Shown here piece by piece: positions 11,193 through 22,979 of a stretch of 64,000 nt of DNA. Below the pieces are notes generated by a model that saw nothing but the letters and a program-made list of their open reading frames with translations, did not search any database and was not told the DNA's origin. The stretch is from NCBI GenBank assembly GCA_010356995.1, contig ML996692.1, positions 1 through 64,000 of the forward strand, read 5' to 3'. The DNA comes from Trichodelitschia bisporula (lineage: Eukaryota). The position numbers and the translations under genes are program-made. Every line of letters begins with the position of its first letter. Position 1 is the first letter of the stretch.

Positions 11193-11216
11193 CGGAGTGT
11201 GATCCTCCGGGCGGGG
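11193..11216. promoter_or_regulatory. CGG-N11-CCG Zn2Cys6 site plus adjacent CreA-type SYGGRG site upstream of the polyol dehydrogenase
   Basis: CGGAGTGTGATCCTCCG (11193-11209) and GCGGGG (11211-11216), ~120 bp upstream of ATG 11072. Confidence 0.45.
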
Positions 11217-12263
11217 TCAATTGCTAGTGTCTTCCACCAGTGTAACCCAACCCCACACTGAGTACCAGCACGTCACGACGCCGCCGTTTCCCCAGTCATC
11301 ACGGCCTTCTTCTTCGCCCTCGTCAAGCAGCGCCAGCCCGCGGCCGCGCATCTCTTCGCGGAAGGCCAGCCGCTCGGCTTCAAACCCCAAGCGCAGCGGC
11401 AGCTCCACCAGCACACGCGCACCCGCTGTCGGCGCGAGCCAAGTCGCAACGGCGCGGGCAAGCAGCGCAGGATGCTCCGGCGTGTATATGGAGTCGGCCG
11501 CGAGGATGACCGGAAACAGCTCAGTCTGCCCAACCCGCTCCTCCCCATGCCCCACCAGCACCTTGGGGTCGCGCCAGTCTAGCACAGCAGCAGAAACCGA
11601 CCCACCACGTGCCTCTACCACCGTAGCGTTCGTCGCAACGTTCTGTGCGAGGTTCCCCACAATCTCCGGCAAGTCTGACAGCACCACCTCGGCCCCGAAG
11701 ACCGCCCCGGCGGCAATGCCCACCAGACCCGTCCCGGCTCCCAGTTCTAACATCCGCCCCGATTCTACCACTATGCCATCGATGTGCAGTCGCTTCGCCA
11801 ATAGGTATGACGCCGCCCACGTCTTGAAGCCGAGATTGTCTTCAGTCAGCGCCGGCTCGTGGATGAGGAGGTCGACGGCGCCGTCGCGCACGGGAATACG
11901 GAACGAACGCGTCATAGCAGACATGGCGGAGCGGCCAGACCGTGCGGCGAGCGCGCGGCTTGCATGCTCCCAGACTTCCTCGCGCTCCTCGTCGCTGATC
12001 CACCGAAGGCCGTTTGCGACGATGCCGGTCAGGTATTGCGCGATGCCGGTCGCATCCTCGTCTCTCTTATCGTCACCGTCGGTCCATGATGGTGGCGCGC
12101 GCGACAGCTGGGATAGTGCTTGCAGCAGCTGCTTTGCTGGAGGCTTCGTGTACAGTTGAGGCAGATCAAAGACTGCACGGTCAGCAGTGGTCAGTAGCCT
12201 GCAGTCACACCCACCGTGTGCAACTCCCCCAGTGCCAGGCTCTTCAGAAACTGCGTGCGGCAT
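11217..12263 (-). CDS. Class I SAM-dependent protein methyltransferase (METTL21/Efm2/Rrg1-like)
   Basis: EPALTEDNLGFKTWAAS, MLELGAGTGLVG, SDLP, LDW, ILAADSIY; one short 5' intron. Confidence 0.88.
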   Translation of the reverse strand: MPHAVSEEPGTGGVAHGGCDCRLLTTADRAVFDLPQLYTKPPAKQLLQALSQLSRAPPSWTDGDDKRDEDATGIAQYLTGIVANGLRWISDEEREEVWEHASRALAARSGRSAMSAMTRSFRIPVRDGAVDLLIHEPALTEDNLGFKTWAASYLLAKRLHIDGIVVESGRMLELGAGTGLVGIAAGAVFGAEVVLSDLPEIVGNLAQNVATNATVVEARGGSVSAAVLDWRDPKVLVGHGEERVGQTELFPVILAADSIYTPEHPALLARAVATWLAPTAGARVLVELPLRLGFEAERLAFREEMRGRGLALLDEGEEEGRDDWGNGGVVTCWYSVWGWVTLVEDTSN

Positions 12264-12441
12264 TCGTGTAGTCGTAAAGTGTAGAAAAAAATGCAAGTGG
12301 CGCTGGCGGTCAAATAGAAGGCGCCAAGCGTTCGGCCCGATAAGACCCTCACCGTCTTATGGCGTCCGGTCTCACGCTCTACCACTCGCTACCAATCTCT
12401 TGCTGTCACCACTCGCTACCACTCTCTCATTCATCCCCAAA

Positions 12442-13244
12442 TCACCCCGCCACTGATGCCTTGAAGCCCGCGTACGCCTGCTGCATGTCGAATTGAAATT
12501 CGCGTGCCTGCTCCTCCGAGAGCTTCTCGGCCGCGCGCATGCGGTTCAGTGTAATCAACCACTGGACAATCTTGCCGCGGCTCTCAAATTCCTTGTCCGT
12601 GACCACGTTGACGGCCTGAATCAGCTCCGCCAGCAGCGGGTGCAGTACGTCCTTGTCCACCATGCCGATGCGTATGGCGTCGAGAAGTGTGATGAAGCTC
12701 TCGGTGGCTGCCATGATGATCTGCGGGGCGGCGGCCTCGGCGGCGGGCTTGTGCGAGGGCTGTTCGACGGTAGTCGGGATGCCGACGCGGATGCGCTCAC
12801 GGGCGCGGGGGCACTCCATCTTGAGGGTTAGCTGTGGAACGACGCCGTGAGTAACGTCGTGAGTGACGTACATCCCACTCCTTCATGAAGGACTCCAGGT
12901 CGCCAAACGCCTTGGCCACACTCTCATCCTGCAGGTTTGATTTGTACTGTTTGAGCAGTCGGCTGCAGGTCTCCGTGTACTGGCCCTCGGCCACAGAGTC
13001 TTTGAGGTACGCCTTCTCAAGCGCGTCCAGCGTCGTGATGATGCTGTAGACCTCACCCAGCGACTCGTAGAGATCGCGCTCGGCGTTGTTGGTGGCGAGC
13101 TTTGCTTCCTGGTGGCGTTAGACAGCTCGAGGCGAGACGAGACAGCCAACGCACCTCGTCGAGATTGATCGTGGATGAGAGCGCGAAGGTAGGCGCGATG
13201 GAGTAGGGTGTGGGGGCATACGCGAGCTGCCGCTGGGGATACAT
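12442..13244 (-). CDS. VPS28: ESCRT-I subunit Vps28
   Basis: INLDE|EAKL..NAERDLYESL|EVYSIITTLDALEKAYLKD, CSRLLKQYK, MECPRARERIRVGIP, FITLLDAIRIG..DKDVLHPLL, WLITLNRM; 3 introns. Confidence 0.95.
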
Positions 13245-13503
13245 GACGGCAGCACAAAGCGACGGTGACTTGGTTTGCGGCAATGGTAGTGAAGTAATGG
13301 AGTGGTTTCAGATGCTATCGTGGTATCAATCCGTGTTGATCTCCACCCGCGCCCATCGGATCGTCACCTCCGCACGCGACCTCCGTCGGCTTGGCAGCGG
13401 GCCGTTTTCTGTCCGACCCCAGCGCAAGCCTTTGCATCGACCTTCGCATCGCGACGCTTCAAATCTGCTGTCACTATTTTTCAGCCTTCGCCTTCACCCA
13501 GCA

Positions 13504-15738
13504 ATGGCCCAATCCAAGTCTACGAAAAAGTTTGAGAAACATCATCTTAAAGATACCCTCAAGCGCCGCAAGGAGTCTGCCAAAATCAAACAGCGCAACC
13601 AGCTCGCCGCGAAGAAAAAGTCGAAGCGCCCCGAGCAAGATGAAGCCACCGAAACCAAGCCCGCCAAAGCCGACGCGGCCTTCGAGAGCATGACCGTTGA
13701 CGACTTCTTCCAGTCCGGCTTCGATCTTCCCGAGAACCCCAAGGCCAACAAAAAGAGGAAGCGTGCACCGGCCAAGGAAGACGCAACCTCAGCCGATTCC
13801 GATGATGGCGACGACTCCCCCGACTCTGAGGTCCCAGGCGTCGATGCAGACGAATCCGCCCCTGATTCTGACGACGACCCCGAACTTCACAAGCAGCAGC
13901 TCGAGGCGCTTGCCGAAAAGGACCCAGAGTTCTACAAGTTCCTTAAGGACAATGACGCCGGGCTACTCGACTTTGAGGAGGATTTGGCGCTCGACCTCTC
14001 CGATGACGATCGGCCGAGCAAGAAGCGCAAGAGCGAAGATCACGAGGTCACCGAGGCCATGCTTACCAAATGGCAGGCGGCCATGGCGGACCAGAAGTCG
14101 CTGCGTGCCATGAAGGAGGTGGTGCTGGCCTTCCGCGCTGCCGCGCACGTCAACGATGACGGCAAGGCGTTCAAATACACTGTGTCTAGCTCTGAATGTA
14201 CGTCTTCGTTTCTTGTTCCCCACCACTGCTGACGGCGTAGCGTACCACAAGTTGCTCACGATTGGGTTGAAGCACATTCCCGAGGTACTCGAGCACCACC
14301 TGCCCGTCAAGACGGCCGCGTCGGGCAAAGTGTGAGTGAACTCGCGCTCGCTGTTTTCCGCTAACTCTCCAGGAACCTCAACACCGACTCCAAAAAGTAC
14401 CGCACACTCACTCCTATTCTCAAATCCTATATCCTTTCCGTCCAGGCGCTGCTCGAAGGCCTTGCCGACGATGCCACCCTCCGCCTCACCCTGACCTCCG
14501 TCCTCCCCCTCCTCCCGTACATCCTCTCGTTCAAGAAGATAATCCGCGACTTCACCAAGCTTGTCGTCAACGTCTGGTCGTCAGGCTCCAGCACTGAGGC
14601 GGCCCGCATCGCCGCATTTCTGGTCCTGCGCAAGCTCGTCGTGATCGGAGATCCCGGCATCCGCGAGGCGGTCCTCAAAGCGACGTATCAGGGACTCGTC
14701 AAGGGCAGCCGCAACACGACCGTCCATACAATCCAGGCGATCAACCTGATGAAGAACTCGGCCGCCGAGCTCTGGGGTCTCGACGCCAACGTCGGCTACA
14801 CCACTGGCTTCTCCTTCATCCGTCAGCTCGCCATCCACCTGCGCTCCAGCATCACAAACCCCACGCGAGAAAGCTACAAAACCATCTACAACTGGCAGTT
14901 CGTCCATAGCCTCGACTTCTGGTCGCGCGTGCTCGCGCAGCATTGCGCGACGTTGCGTGAGGCCGAGACCGGCAAGCAGTCGCCGCTGCGCCCGCTCATC
15001 TACCCAACTGTGCAGGTTACACTCGGTGCGATGCGCTTGATCCCGACGGCACAGTACTTTCCACTGCGCTTCCAGCTGGCGCGCGCGCTGTGCCGACTCT
15101 CACTCGCGACTACAACGTACATCCCGCTCGCGCCGGCCCTCTACGAGGTGCTGAACTCGGCCGAGCTCAGAAAGGCGCCCAAGGCGAGCACGCTCAAGGC
15201 CGTCGACTTTACGACCGCCATCCGCGTGCCCAAGTCCTACCTGCGTACGCGCACGTATCAGGACGGGCTCGGCGAGCAGGTGGCGGAGCTGTACTCGGAG
15301 TTTCTTGTCCTGTGGTGCAAATCGATTTCGTTCCCGGAGCTCGTGCTGCCCATCGTGGTGCTACTGCGTCGCTGGCTGAAGGAGGTTGGTCACAAGACAA
15401 CAGGCAACAAAAACGGCAAGATCAACGCCGCCATCGCGCTGGTAGTGCAGAAGGTGGAGGCAAATTCGGCGTGGATCGAGGAGCGCCGCGCGCGGGTCGA
15501 CTTTGCGCCCAATAACCGTGCCGGGGTCGAGAGCTTTCTAAAGGAGGACGCGTGGGAGTCGACGCCGTTGGGTGCCTTCGTTGTCGGGCAACGCAAGACA
15601 CGCGAGGAAAAGGCGCGGCTCGTAGACGAGGGTCGGCGGGCGGAGGAGAAGAAGCGGCGGCCCGACGCGAGCCAGGCGGACGCCGAGGCTGTGCATACCG
15701 AGAGTGAGAGTGATGACGAAGGAGACGAGAGCGAATAG
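13504..15738 (+). CDS. NOC2: Nucleolar complex protein 2 (60S biogenesis)
   Basis: KSTKKFEKHHLKD, LAEKDPEFYKFL, INLMKNSAAEL, FIRQLAIHLR, YNWQFVHSLDFW, PLIYP, YFPLRF; 2 introns (~14198-14240, ~14332-14372). Confidence 0.95.
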
Positions 15739-16103
15739 GCGCAGAACTAGATCGTATCCGAATTTCATTTGGTGTGGCCTCGTGTATAGGTCTTGTCGGC
15801 TTCCTCTTTTACTATGACTGGGATTTGGATCTATACGTGCATTCGGTTCGATACCCGGCCCAATTTGGCCCCAGCGTCCATCGCGATCCGCATCGGCCTA
15901 TCCAGGTCCCAGGATCGCAAACGCGCGACCATCCCGGCTCCGATCACTGACGGCCACCGTGAGGCAGGCCGACCCCAGTTGCCCTCTCCGGTTAGCCTCG
16001 CGACTGCTCTCCATCCTATGTTCTTCGCCTTCCTGTATGCGAACCACGACCGGGTTGCGATGCTATTCCCAGGTCACACTTGTCTTATACCTTCCCGATT
16101 GCG

Positions 16104-16158
16104 TGGCACATGGCATTGGATGGCATTGGATGGCATCACACATGGTGTGGCACATGGC
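16104..16158 (+). repeat. Short degenerate tandem repeat (ATGGCATTGG/TGGCACA) upstream of the lipase
   Basis: tggcacatggcattggatggcattggatggcatcacacatggtgtggcacatggc. Confidence 0.7.
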
Positions 16159-16248
16159 TAGATCGTGGGCCACCCCACAGGCCCATAGCGGGCATCTTAA
16201 GAAGTGGCCCATCTGCCGGGCATCATTCATGCGATACAGACGCTCATT

Positions 16249-17949
16249 ATGCATTCAATAACATCCCTAATACTGCTCGCCTTCGCCCTCACCCTCCCCG
16301 CCGCGGCCCTTGTCACCCGCCAGGCGAACGCCAGCACCATCACATCCGTAACCTACGCCCACGGCACGGTGCTAGGCCTCACCCTCGGCCTAACTGAGAC
16401 CTTCAAAGGCATCCCCTTCGCCGAACCCCCCGTCGGGCCGCTACGCCTCCGTCCTCCCGTACCCATATCGCGGAATCTGGGTACCTTTGCCTCAGACCCA
16501 TCGCCCCGAGCCTGCCCCCAGTTCAGTAGCCAAGTCGACACTAAGTCCCTCCCCGCCGAAGTCGCAAGCCTCTACAAAAGCACCCCCTTCGGACAAGTCA
16601 TCGCCAACGCGGGCGAAGACTGCCTCACCCTCTCCATCCAGCGGCCAGCCGGCACACGGTCCAGCGCCAAATTACCCGTCGTATTCTGGCTCTATGGCGG
16701 CGCCTTCGCAACCGGCTCAACGAACAGCTACGACGCAACCTCACTGCTAACCCGCGCCAAAGCCCTCAAGCAACCCGTCCTATTCGTCGCAGCAAACTAC
16801 CGCCTCGGCGGCTTCGGCTTCCTGCCCGGCGCCGCCGTCTCTCGTGCCGGAGCCTCGAATCTGGGTCTGCGGGACCAGCGTGCCGCGCTCGAGTGGGTAC
16901 AGGACAACATTGCGTCCTTCGGCGGCGATCCGGACCGTGTGGTGATATGGGGCGAATCGGCGGGCGCGCTGTCCGTCTTCGACCACACGGTCATCAACGG
17001 CGGCGACCACACGCGCAACGGGAAAGCCCTGTTCCGCGGCGCGATCATGAATTCCGGCGCCGTGGCGCCGACGCAGAACGTCAGCCACCCGAAGCCGCAG
17101 GCCGTGTATGACAGTGTGCTGCGGGCGGCGGGATGCGCGAAAGCAGTCGACGGGCTCGAGTGCCTGCGCGGACTCAGTTACGGCGCGTTCGTGAACGCGG
17201 TGGATTCCGTGCCGGCGGTATTCAGCTACCGCAGCGTTGATCTGGCGTACTTGCCGCGCCCGGACCCGGCGGACGGGTTCTACAACGTGTCGCCTGAGGT
17301 TGCGATCGTGGAGGGACGCTATGCGCGGGTTCCCATCATTGTTGGCGACCAGCAGGACGAGGGAACACTGTTTACCCTGACGCTTAGCAACGTAACCACG
17401 ACATCCAAGCTCGAGGCATACCTCGCCAGCATGTTTTGGGACGCGACACCCGCGCAAATCGCAGCGCTGGTGAAAACGTACCCGCGCGATCCCGGTGCGG
17501 GCTCGCCGTACAACACCGCGCTTACGAACGAGATATACCCGGGGTTCAAGCGCGTGGCTGCGATTCTCGGCGACCTGACCTTCACGTTGAGTCGACGGGT
17601 GTATCTGGCGGCTGTGGCGAATAATATCCCCGCGTGGTCGTATCTGTCGACGTACCTGTATGGCACGGCGGTGCTTGGCACCTTCCATGGGAGCGACATT
17701 CTCGAACTGTTCTACGGCGGGATCCCGTGGCCGCTGCCCGCGGCGGCGATGGAGACGTATTACATCTCGTTCATCAACCATCTGGACCCGAATGCTATCC
17801 GCGACGGGCTGATTGACTGGCCGCGTTACACGCCCGAGGGGCGCAAGCTGATGAATTTCCAGCAGGCACTGAGCGCGGTTATCAAGGATGACTTCAGGGA
17901 GGACAGTTATCGGCAGCTGGCGCAGTCCCCGCAGTCGTTTCGTCTCTAG
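16249..17949 (+). CDS. Secreted type-B carboxylesterase/lipase (Candida rugosa/Geotrichum lipase-like)
   Basis: Signal peptide, FKGIPFAEPPVGPLR, EDCL, YGGAF, NYRLG, GESAG (Ser), DEG (Glu), FHGSD (His); intronless. Confidence 0.95.
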   Translation: MHSITSLILLAFALTLPAAALVTRQANASTITSVTYAHGTVLGLTLGLTETFKGIPFAEPPVGPLRLRPPVPISRNLGTFASDPSPRACPQFSSQVDTKSLPAEVASLYKSTPFGQVIANAGEDCLTLSIQRPAGTRSSAKLPVVFWLYGGAFATGSTNSYDATSLLTRAKALKQPVLFVAANYRLGGFGFLPGAAVSRAGASNLGLRDQRAALEWVQDNIASFGGDPDRVVIWGESAGALSVFDHTVINGGDHTRNGKALFRGAIMNSGAVAPTQNVSHPKPQAVYDSVLRAAGCAKAVDGLECLRGLSYGAFVNAVDSVPAVFSYRSVDLAYLPRPDPADGFYNVSPEVAIVEGRYARVPIIVGDQQDEGTLFTLTLSNVTTTSKLEAYLASMFWDATPAQIAALVKTYPRDPGAGSPYNTALTNEIYPGFKRVAAILGDLTFTLSRRVYLAAVANNIPAWSYLSTYLYGTAVLGTFHGSDILELFYGGIPWPLPAAAMETYYISFINHLDPNAIRDGLIDWPRYTPEGRKLMNFQQALSAVIKDDFREDSYRQLAQSPQSFRL

Positions 17950-18021
17950 TCTTGTACACAGTATTCAAATTCAGCTGCCGTTGCGTCAATTCTGCATTAA
18001 GGTATCTCAAGCATCAAACCG

Positions 18022-19441
18022 TTACTTGCCGTCCGTAGCATTCTCATCCTTTATGGCATCGTCCTTACTGGCCTCCTCTTTCACCTCCACTTCCTCCGCA
18101 TCCTCCGCCGCCTTCGTCTCCTGCCTCACCTCCTGCTTCTCTTCCGCATGTTTCTTGTCCTCCTCATCCTTCTTATCGTCTCCCTTTTCCTCGCTTCCTG
18201 CACCATCCATACCACCCATACCCACCTCCCCCTGCCCCGCCACCACTGGCGCCAACTCCCGATCTACGCTCCCCTCGCGCCTTGATCTCCCCACTGCAGC
18301 ATCCAAGTCCAGTGCATGCGGCGGCCTCTGCGGCCCCGTATCGACGGCATCAATCTCTGGCGGCCCGCGTGCATGTGGTTCCTCTTCCTCCAAGCCGCCC
18401 ATCTCATCATCCACGCGACGTACCACGCCCGCCTCCTGCTCCTGCCTTATCAACTCGCCCTGCGTGACCGCGCCCTCAGCACGCAGCGCGAGCTCTGTCG
18501 TCATCGCTGTATCCACTGGCGCCATCACACCATTGACCACGCTGACAGTCTCGATGCGGCCCTCGCCGTTTATACCGTTCAGCTCCCCCGCGTCCACGCT
18601 GTCAGACCGCAAGTCACGATCGGAACTGCTGGCCGGTGAGCGGGAGAGCCATGGAATAGGCGTAAGCAGCGCACCGCCGAGGGACTCATCACTCCCGAGC
18701 GCAGGCGTAGCGTCGAACGACGCGCCGAGGAAGCCGTTCAGCGTTATCGTACTCGGCAGAGAAGCGCCGGGAATCGGAAACGCTGCCGTATTACTCGAGA
18801 CGTTGATGACGCGATCGAGCGCGCGCAAATATGGCGGGAGGAAGCGGTAGTGCTGCTTCGGGCGTAGGACGAGCTCGGCGAGGCGCTGCACCGTGTGTGG
18901 CGGATGGGTAGGGAAGTTGTCGCGCAAAGTGTCGGTTATGGACGCTAGGAGCCGAGTTAGCTCGGCTGAGTGCGGCGGCTCCGGGCGATAGTCTGTATCC
19001 GGGGCGCGAGACTGCCCGGCCGAGAATGTGGGTATGGGTGGGCGTGCTGGAGGGGGCGCATTCTCTTTGTTCGTTGCTTGTGAGTCGATGCTCGTCGTCA
19101 GCTGGCTTGATGACACGGTCACTTCTTCGCGGGGCCCTTGTGACGGGACGACAGGCGGCCTTGGGAGGAGTTCAGGGGCGGGAAATTTGTTGCGCACGAT
19201 CTATGCAGTGTCAGAGGTTGAAGCATTGCAACTGTTGTCTGCCTCACCAGCTCAATCTCATCGAGTACCTCGCCCAGGACGTGTGGCCATTCCTCGCTGA
19301 GATAGTCAGCACTGCGGAATTATTGTCGTGTAACTCACGGTGGAAACGAGCCATCTATGGTCGCCTGTTCGAGCAGTTCTTCGGCTGGGATCGTCAGCGT
19401 TGCTTGGTGTGGTCAAGGCGCGCCATACTGGAGATCAACAT
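18022..19441 (-). CDS. Protein phosphatase 4 regulatory subunit R2 (PPP4R2/Psy4-like)
   Basis: FPTHPPHTVQRLAELVLRP..HYR.LPPYLRALDRV..VSS and LGSDESLGGALLTPIPWL, acidic tail; 5' mini-exons MLIS|TEELLEQATIDGSFP|..EEWP. Confidence 0.85.
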
Positions 19442-19871
19442 GACGGCGCCAATAGGCTACTGCACCGCCGTGCGGCGTGTCTCTGTAGGGAAGCGGTCGC
19501 GGTACGAAGCCGTACGTAATCAACAATTCAGGCGACAGTGGATGGCAGAGATGGATATAAAGAGGTACAGGCGTTGTGGTTGTGAAGCTATTCTATCAGG
19601 GTACATCATCGAAGTGCTGTTTCAGCCACGCGCCACGCGCCAAGCATGATATCTCGAGCCACATATATGTGGCGGTGCATTGCCAGTATCCTCATCCCTC
19701 AACGTCACCATGCTCGTCTCCTCGGCCCAGTTGCCGCTTGCCGACGGTTAATCTCAGGGTCTCATAATAACCACCACCGTGATCATCCAGCTAGTTGCGG
19801 CCCCATTATGGTGATCGGCAGCCCTGAAACACCGAAAGCGGGCCGGTGTGCTAATCCCAGCGTAGCCGATC

Positions 19872-21009
19872 TTACCCCAAGCCGGCACCCTTGACCGAAA
19901 ATTCCTTCGTTGAGAAGTCATCTGAGCCGATGGACTCCGGCGGCGTGGGTACTGCTGCACCCGTTTGTTCCCGGACGCGCGTCTCGGCGTCCATCTCTGC
20001 CTGGTGCCGAACAAGGTCCTCATCCACCGCCTTTTGCACATCATCGCCGAAGAGCAATGTGAACACAACCACGAAGTAGACCTCACCCGTCGCGCGGTTC
20101 TTAAACACGTAGCGCAGGTTGTGCGTCTTGTCGCCGATATAACGAATCACGCCGATAGAAAAGCCGGGCAAACGCAGCGCGAACTCTGCTAGCGTGAGCT
20201 TGATCCACATTCACTCTATCAAACGTACTGTTGAAGTCGATGTACGGGTTGAAAAAGTCGCCATGGTAGACGCGGCCCTTCTCAAACGCAAAGGTTTCGC
20301 GGTTCTTGGCCGACAGGAAGTGCTTCCGCCGCTTGTGTTGCTGGTGCGGTAGCCCCAGCCGCGCGCGCACGTGCTCCCCGCTATTTCATAAGCTTAACGT
20401 CGCGATATCGTATTCACCGACTCACCTCCCATCCGCCCCCTCCTCCAACGGCCTCTCATCATCGAGCGGCGCCAGCTCCGCTCCAATCTCCCCAATCCGC
20501 ATCGCAAACCAGCACGACAGGCTCGGACCGTACAGCCACGGTTCATCCGCATACGCGTCGCACTCAATGCCGGGATCGATAAACTCCTTCACTATGCGCA
20601 CAGCCATGTTGAACCCCGGCGGCAGGCGGTCACGTACGGGGTGGTCGAAATCGTTCCCCCACACCGTATGCAAGCTCTCAAGGTCCTGTTTCGGAACAAA
20701 TGAGAAGCTGATGCTGTATCGGTCGCGCTTATGGCCTGGGTCGTCAAAGTAGTCGCTATGTGCGCGCGAACCACGTGGCAGCCCACGGTACTCGCGAATG
20801 CGCACCTTGACCTGCGTGGTCATGAACTCGTTCTCAAAGCATGTCGTACGGTTCGTGTTGACGAAGACCGGCTTGTGTGTCGTAGGGTCATAGGATGGGC
20901 CCGCTGTGACGCGCAGCAGGTACTTTTCCGCATATAGAGATTCCTCCACGTTGTCCGGTGATGACGTCTCAGAGCGCACGGCGCGCGCGAGCGAGCTGAT
21001 AATGGACAT
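19872..21009 (-). CDS. DUF1769-domain conserved fungal protein
   Basis: YLLRVTAGPSYD, WGNDFDHPVRDRLPPGF, IDPGIECDAYADEPWLYGP, RRKHFL, DFFNPYIDFN|FALRLPGF, HNLRYVFKN; 2 introns. Confidence 0.85.
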
Positions 21010-22365
21010 GGCGACGCTGAAGTCCAGAGTGTCAAGATCGACGGACGCGCTGAAGAGTGTTCAGGCGGGCGCTCACCTCCAGCGCCACGGGCGCAACGGC
21101 ACTGAAACGCAGCTCGCCCCCCCTCAAGACGCAGCACGGAGGCAGCGCAGTCAGGCACAGCTCGGGATTCTATTGTCGTAGGTAAGCCATGCAGTGACGC
21201 GTCAAGAAGACCGCTTAGTGGCGACAAAATAATTTGACATGGTGCTGTGTTGCAGTTGCCCATTCCGCTGCAAGGTAGTGTTGTGCGAATGACGCACGTC
21301 TGCCGACCACCTGCGTCAGTGCTGCTGAATGAGCAACCAGGGAGTGGCACGGGAACGGAGAGCTTCACGGGATGTACGACATCGCCACAGCTCAGCCTCA
21401 CTTGCACCTCATTTTCGTGGCCGAATTTCTATCAGGTACATCCGTAGAAATAGTGGTCGCTCCGTATGCTCCGGCAGCAAAACTTGCTAGAACTTGCTAC
21501 CGTTGAACAGTGCCAGCCGCCTGCCGCGAGATACCCACCACCGTACAGTATTACGTAGGGTACTTGTCAGACTGTACCGAGTATCTCCGAGGCCTCCGAC
21601 CTGCCCGCGGTCGACACGGCCAATCCTGGATCCTTTTCTACACCCACCCTCACTCGCTCCATGTGAAGATCTCACTAAGTAGATGCGTACTCTGACACCG
21701 ACATCCCCACTCTGGCCTAATACCCCGCCTCCCACACAGTCCATCATCTGCGCAATTTGCGCCTGCGGTACTCGCACCGACGTACCAGCTCGGCCAGCCT
21801 CCCAGCTACCCGCTGACTACTCTGGTCTCTCCTCTAAGTATTCGTACCTTCGACCTCGTACCTTAGCAGTAAATGGAGAACACGAAGCCACCCCAGCGGA
21901 GAATTCAAGGCGTGCGCCCCTTGCGCGGTCATTTCGTTCGCTGGTATCTTTTAATATTATGAACAGAATCCGGCCATCCTATGCCCAAGCGCCTCACGCT
22001 ACGCGGTCGTCTAAACCACTGGCCGCTAGGAATAATCAATGAACCATCGCCATCATGTACAGCACAATTTTCCCAATCTTCCCCACCAGCTGTGAAATTT
22101 TACCGCGATCGCTGAGATACCACTCAACGCCTCCATGCGAAGACGCCCAACCCAACTCCGTTACGCCCAATGCTACCGAATGAAAGGCGAAAACGTGACA
22201 CCAGCGCCGCACATGCAGAGAAACGCCATCCATGCTAGTAGCGATGATGCTAACTTTGCGAGACCGTGACCATTATCTGATCGTGCGCGGCGCCGTGATG
22301 CCAATTGCCGATGAGGCGGCTCTAAAGTCGATCCGGACCAAATCCTTCTACGACGCATCGTACCC

Positions 22366-22979
22366 TCACTTGGCCATTCGCCCTTTGCCTTTACCCTTCG
22401 GCGGGCCAGCCGATGTGATTTTGCTCGTCTGCATGAGCTCGCCAATGTACCTAGATGGTCAGCGGAGGTATACGTAGACGTGAGGAGACGTACGATTGCA
22501 GGAAGCGGTTCCCGCCTTCGAGCTTCTCGTGCTCCGATTTGACCGACTCGACGCGGTCCACAAGCTGCAGGAGGCTCTGTTGCAACGCCTTCGCTTGCCT
22601 GGCTTGTCAGTAAGCTTGAAAGATAGACAGACAGATCCACGTACTCTATTAGAGCCTGTCGCGCGCCCTCCTCCAAACGGTCCACCTCTTCACTACTCCG
22701 CCGCGGACTCATAGTCCGCGCGTCATTCTCGTCGTAGTGCTCTTCAATCAACTCGGTAGCGGCGTCCCGCGGGACAATTATAGTCCCACTTGACTTTCGC
22801 GAGTGCAACCGTGGCCGTTGTCCTCGGGCGGCGTTTCCTCGCTCACCCTCGCTGCCGGACGACGACTCCGAGCTGCCGCCATACTCCGTCGATTCGGAGC
22901 GCAGCTGGCCACGGCGCGGCACGGCGTGTGCTCTGGGCATTGAGGAGGTCGGCAGGGTGGGCAGGCTCAGAGTAAGCAT
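22366..22979 (-). CDS. Short coiled-coil protein (DUF2205; SLO1/SCOC-like)
   Basis: Spliced ..DARTMSPRR..IE|QAKALQQSL..LVDRVESVKSEHEKLEGGNRFLQS|YIGELMQTSKITS..K*. Confidence 0.8.

Noticed and set aside
13440..13485. PAC/RRPE-like motifs before NOC2
   Set aside because: Imperfect matches very close to the ATG (probably 5'UTR); insufficient support.
15840..15865. GGTTCGATACCCGG resembling a tRNA T-loop
   Set aside because: T-stem pairs poorly and no acceptor, D or anticodon arms could be built.
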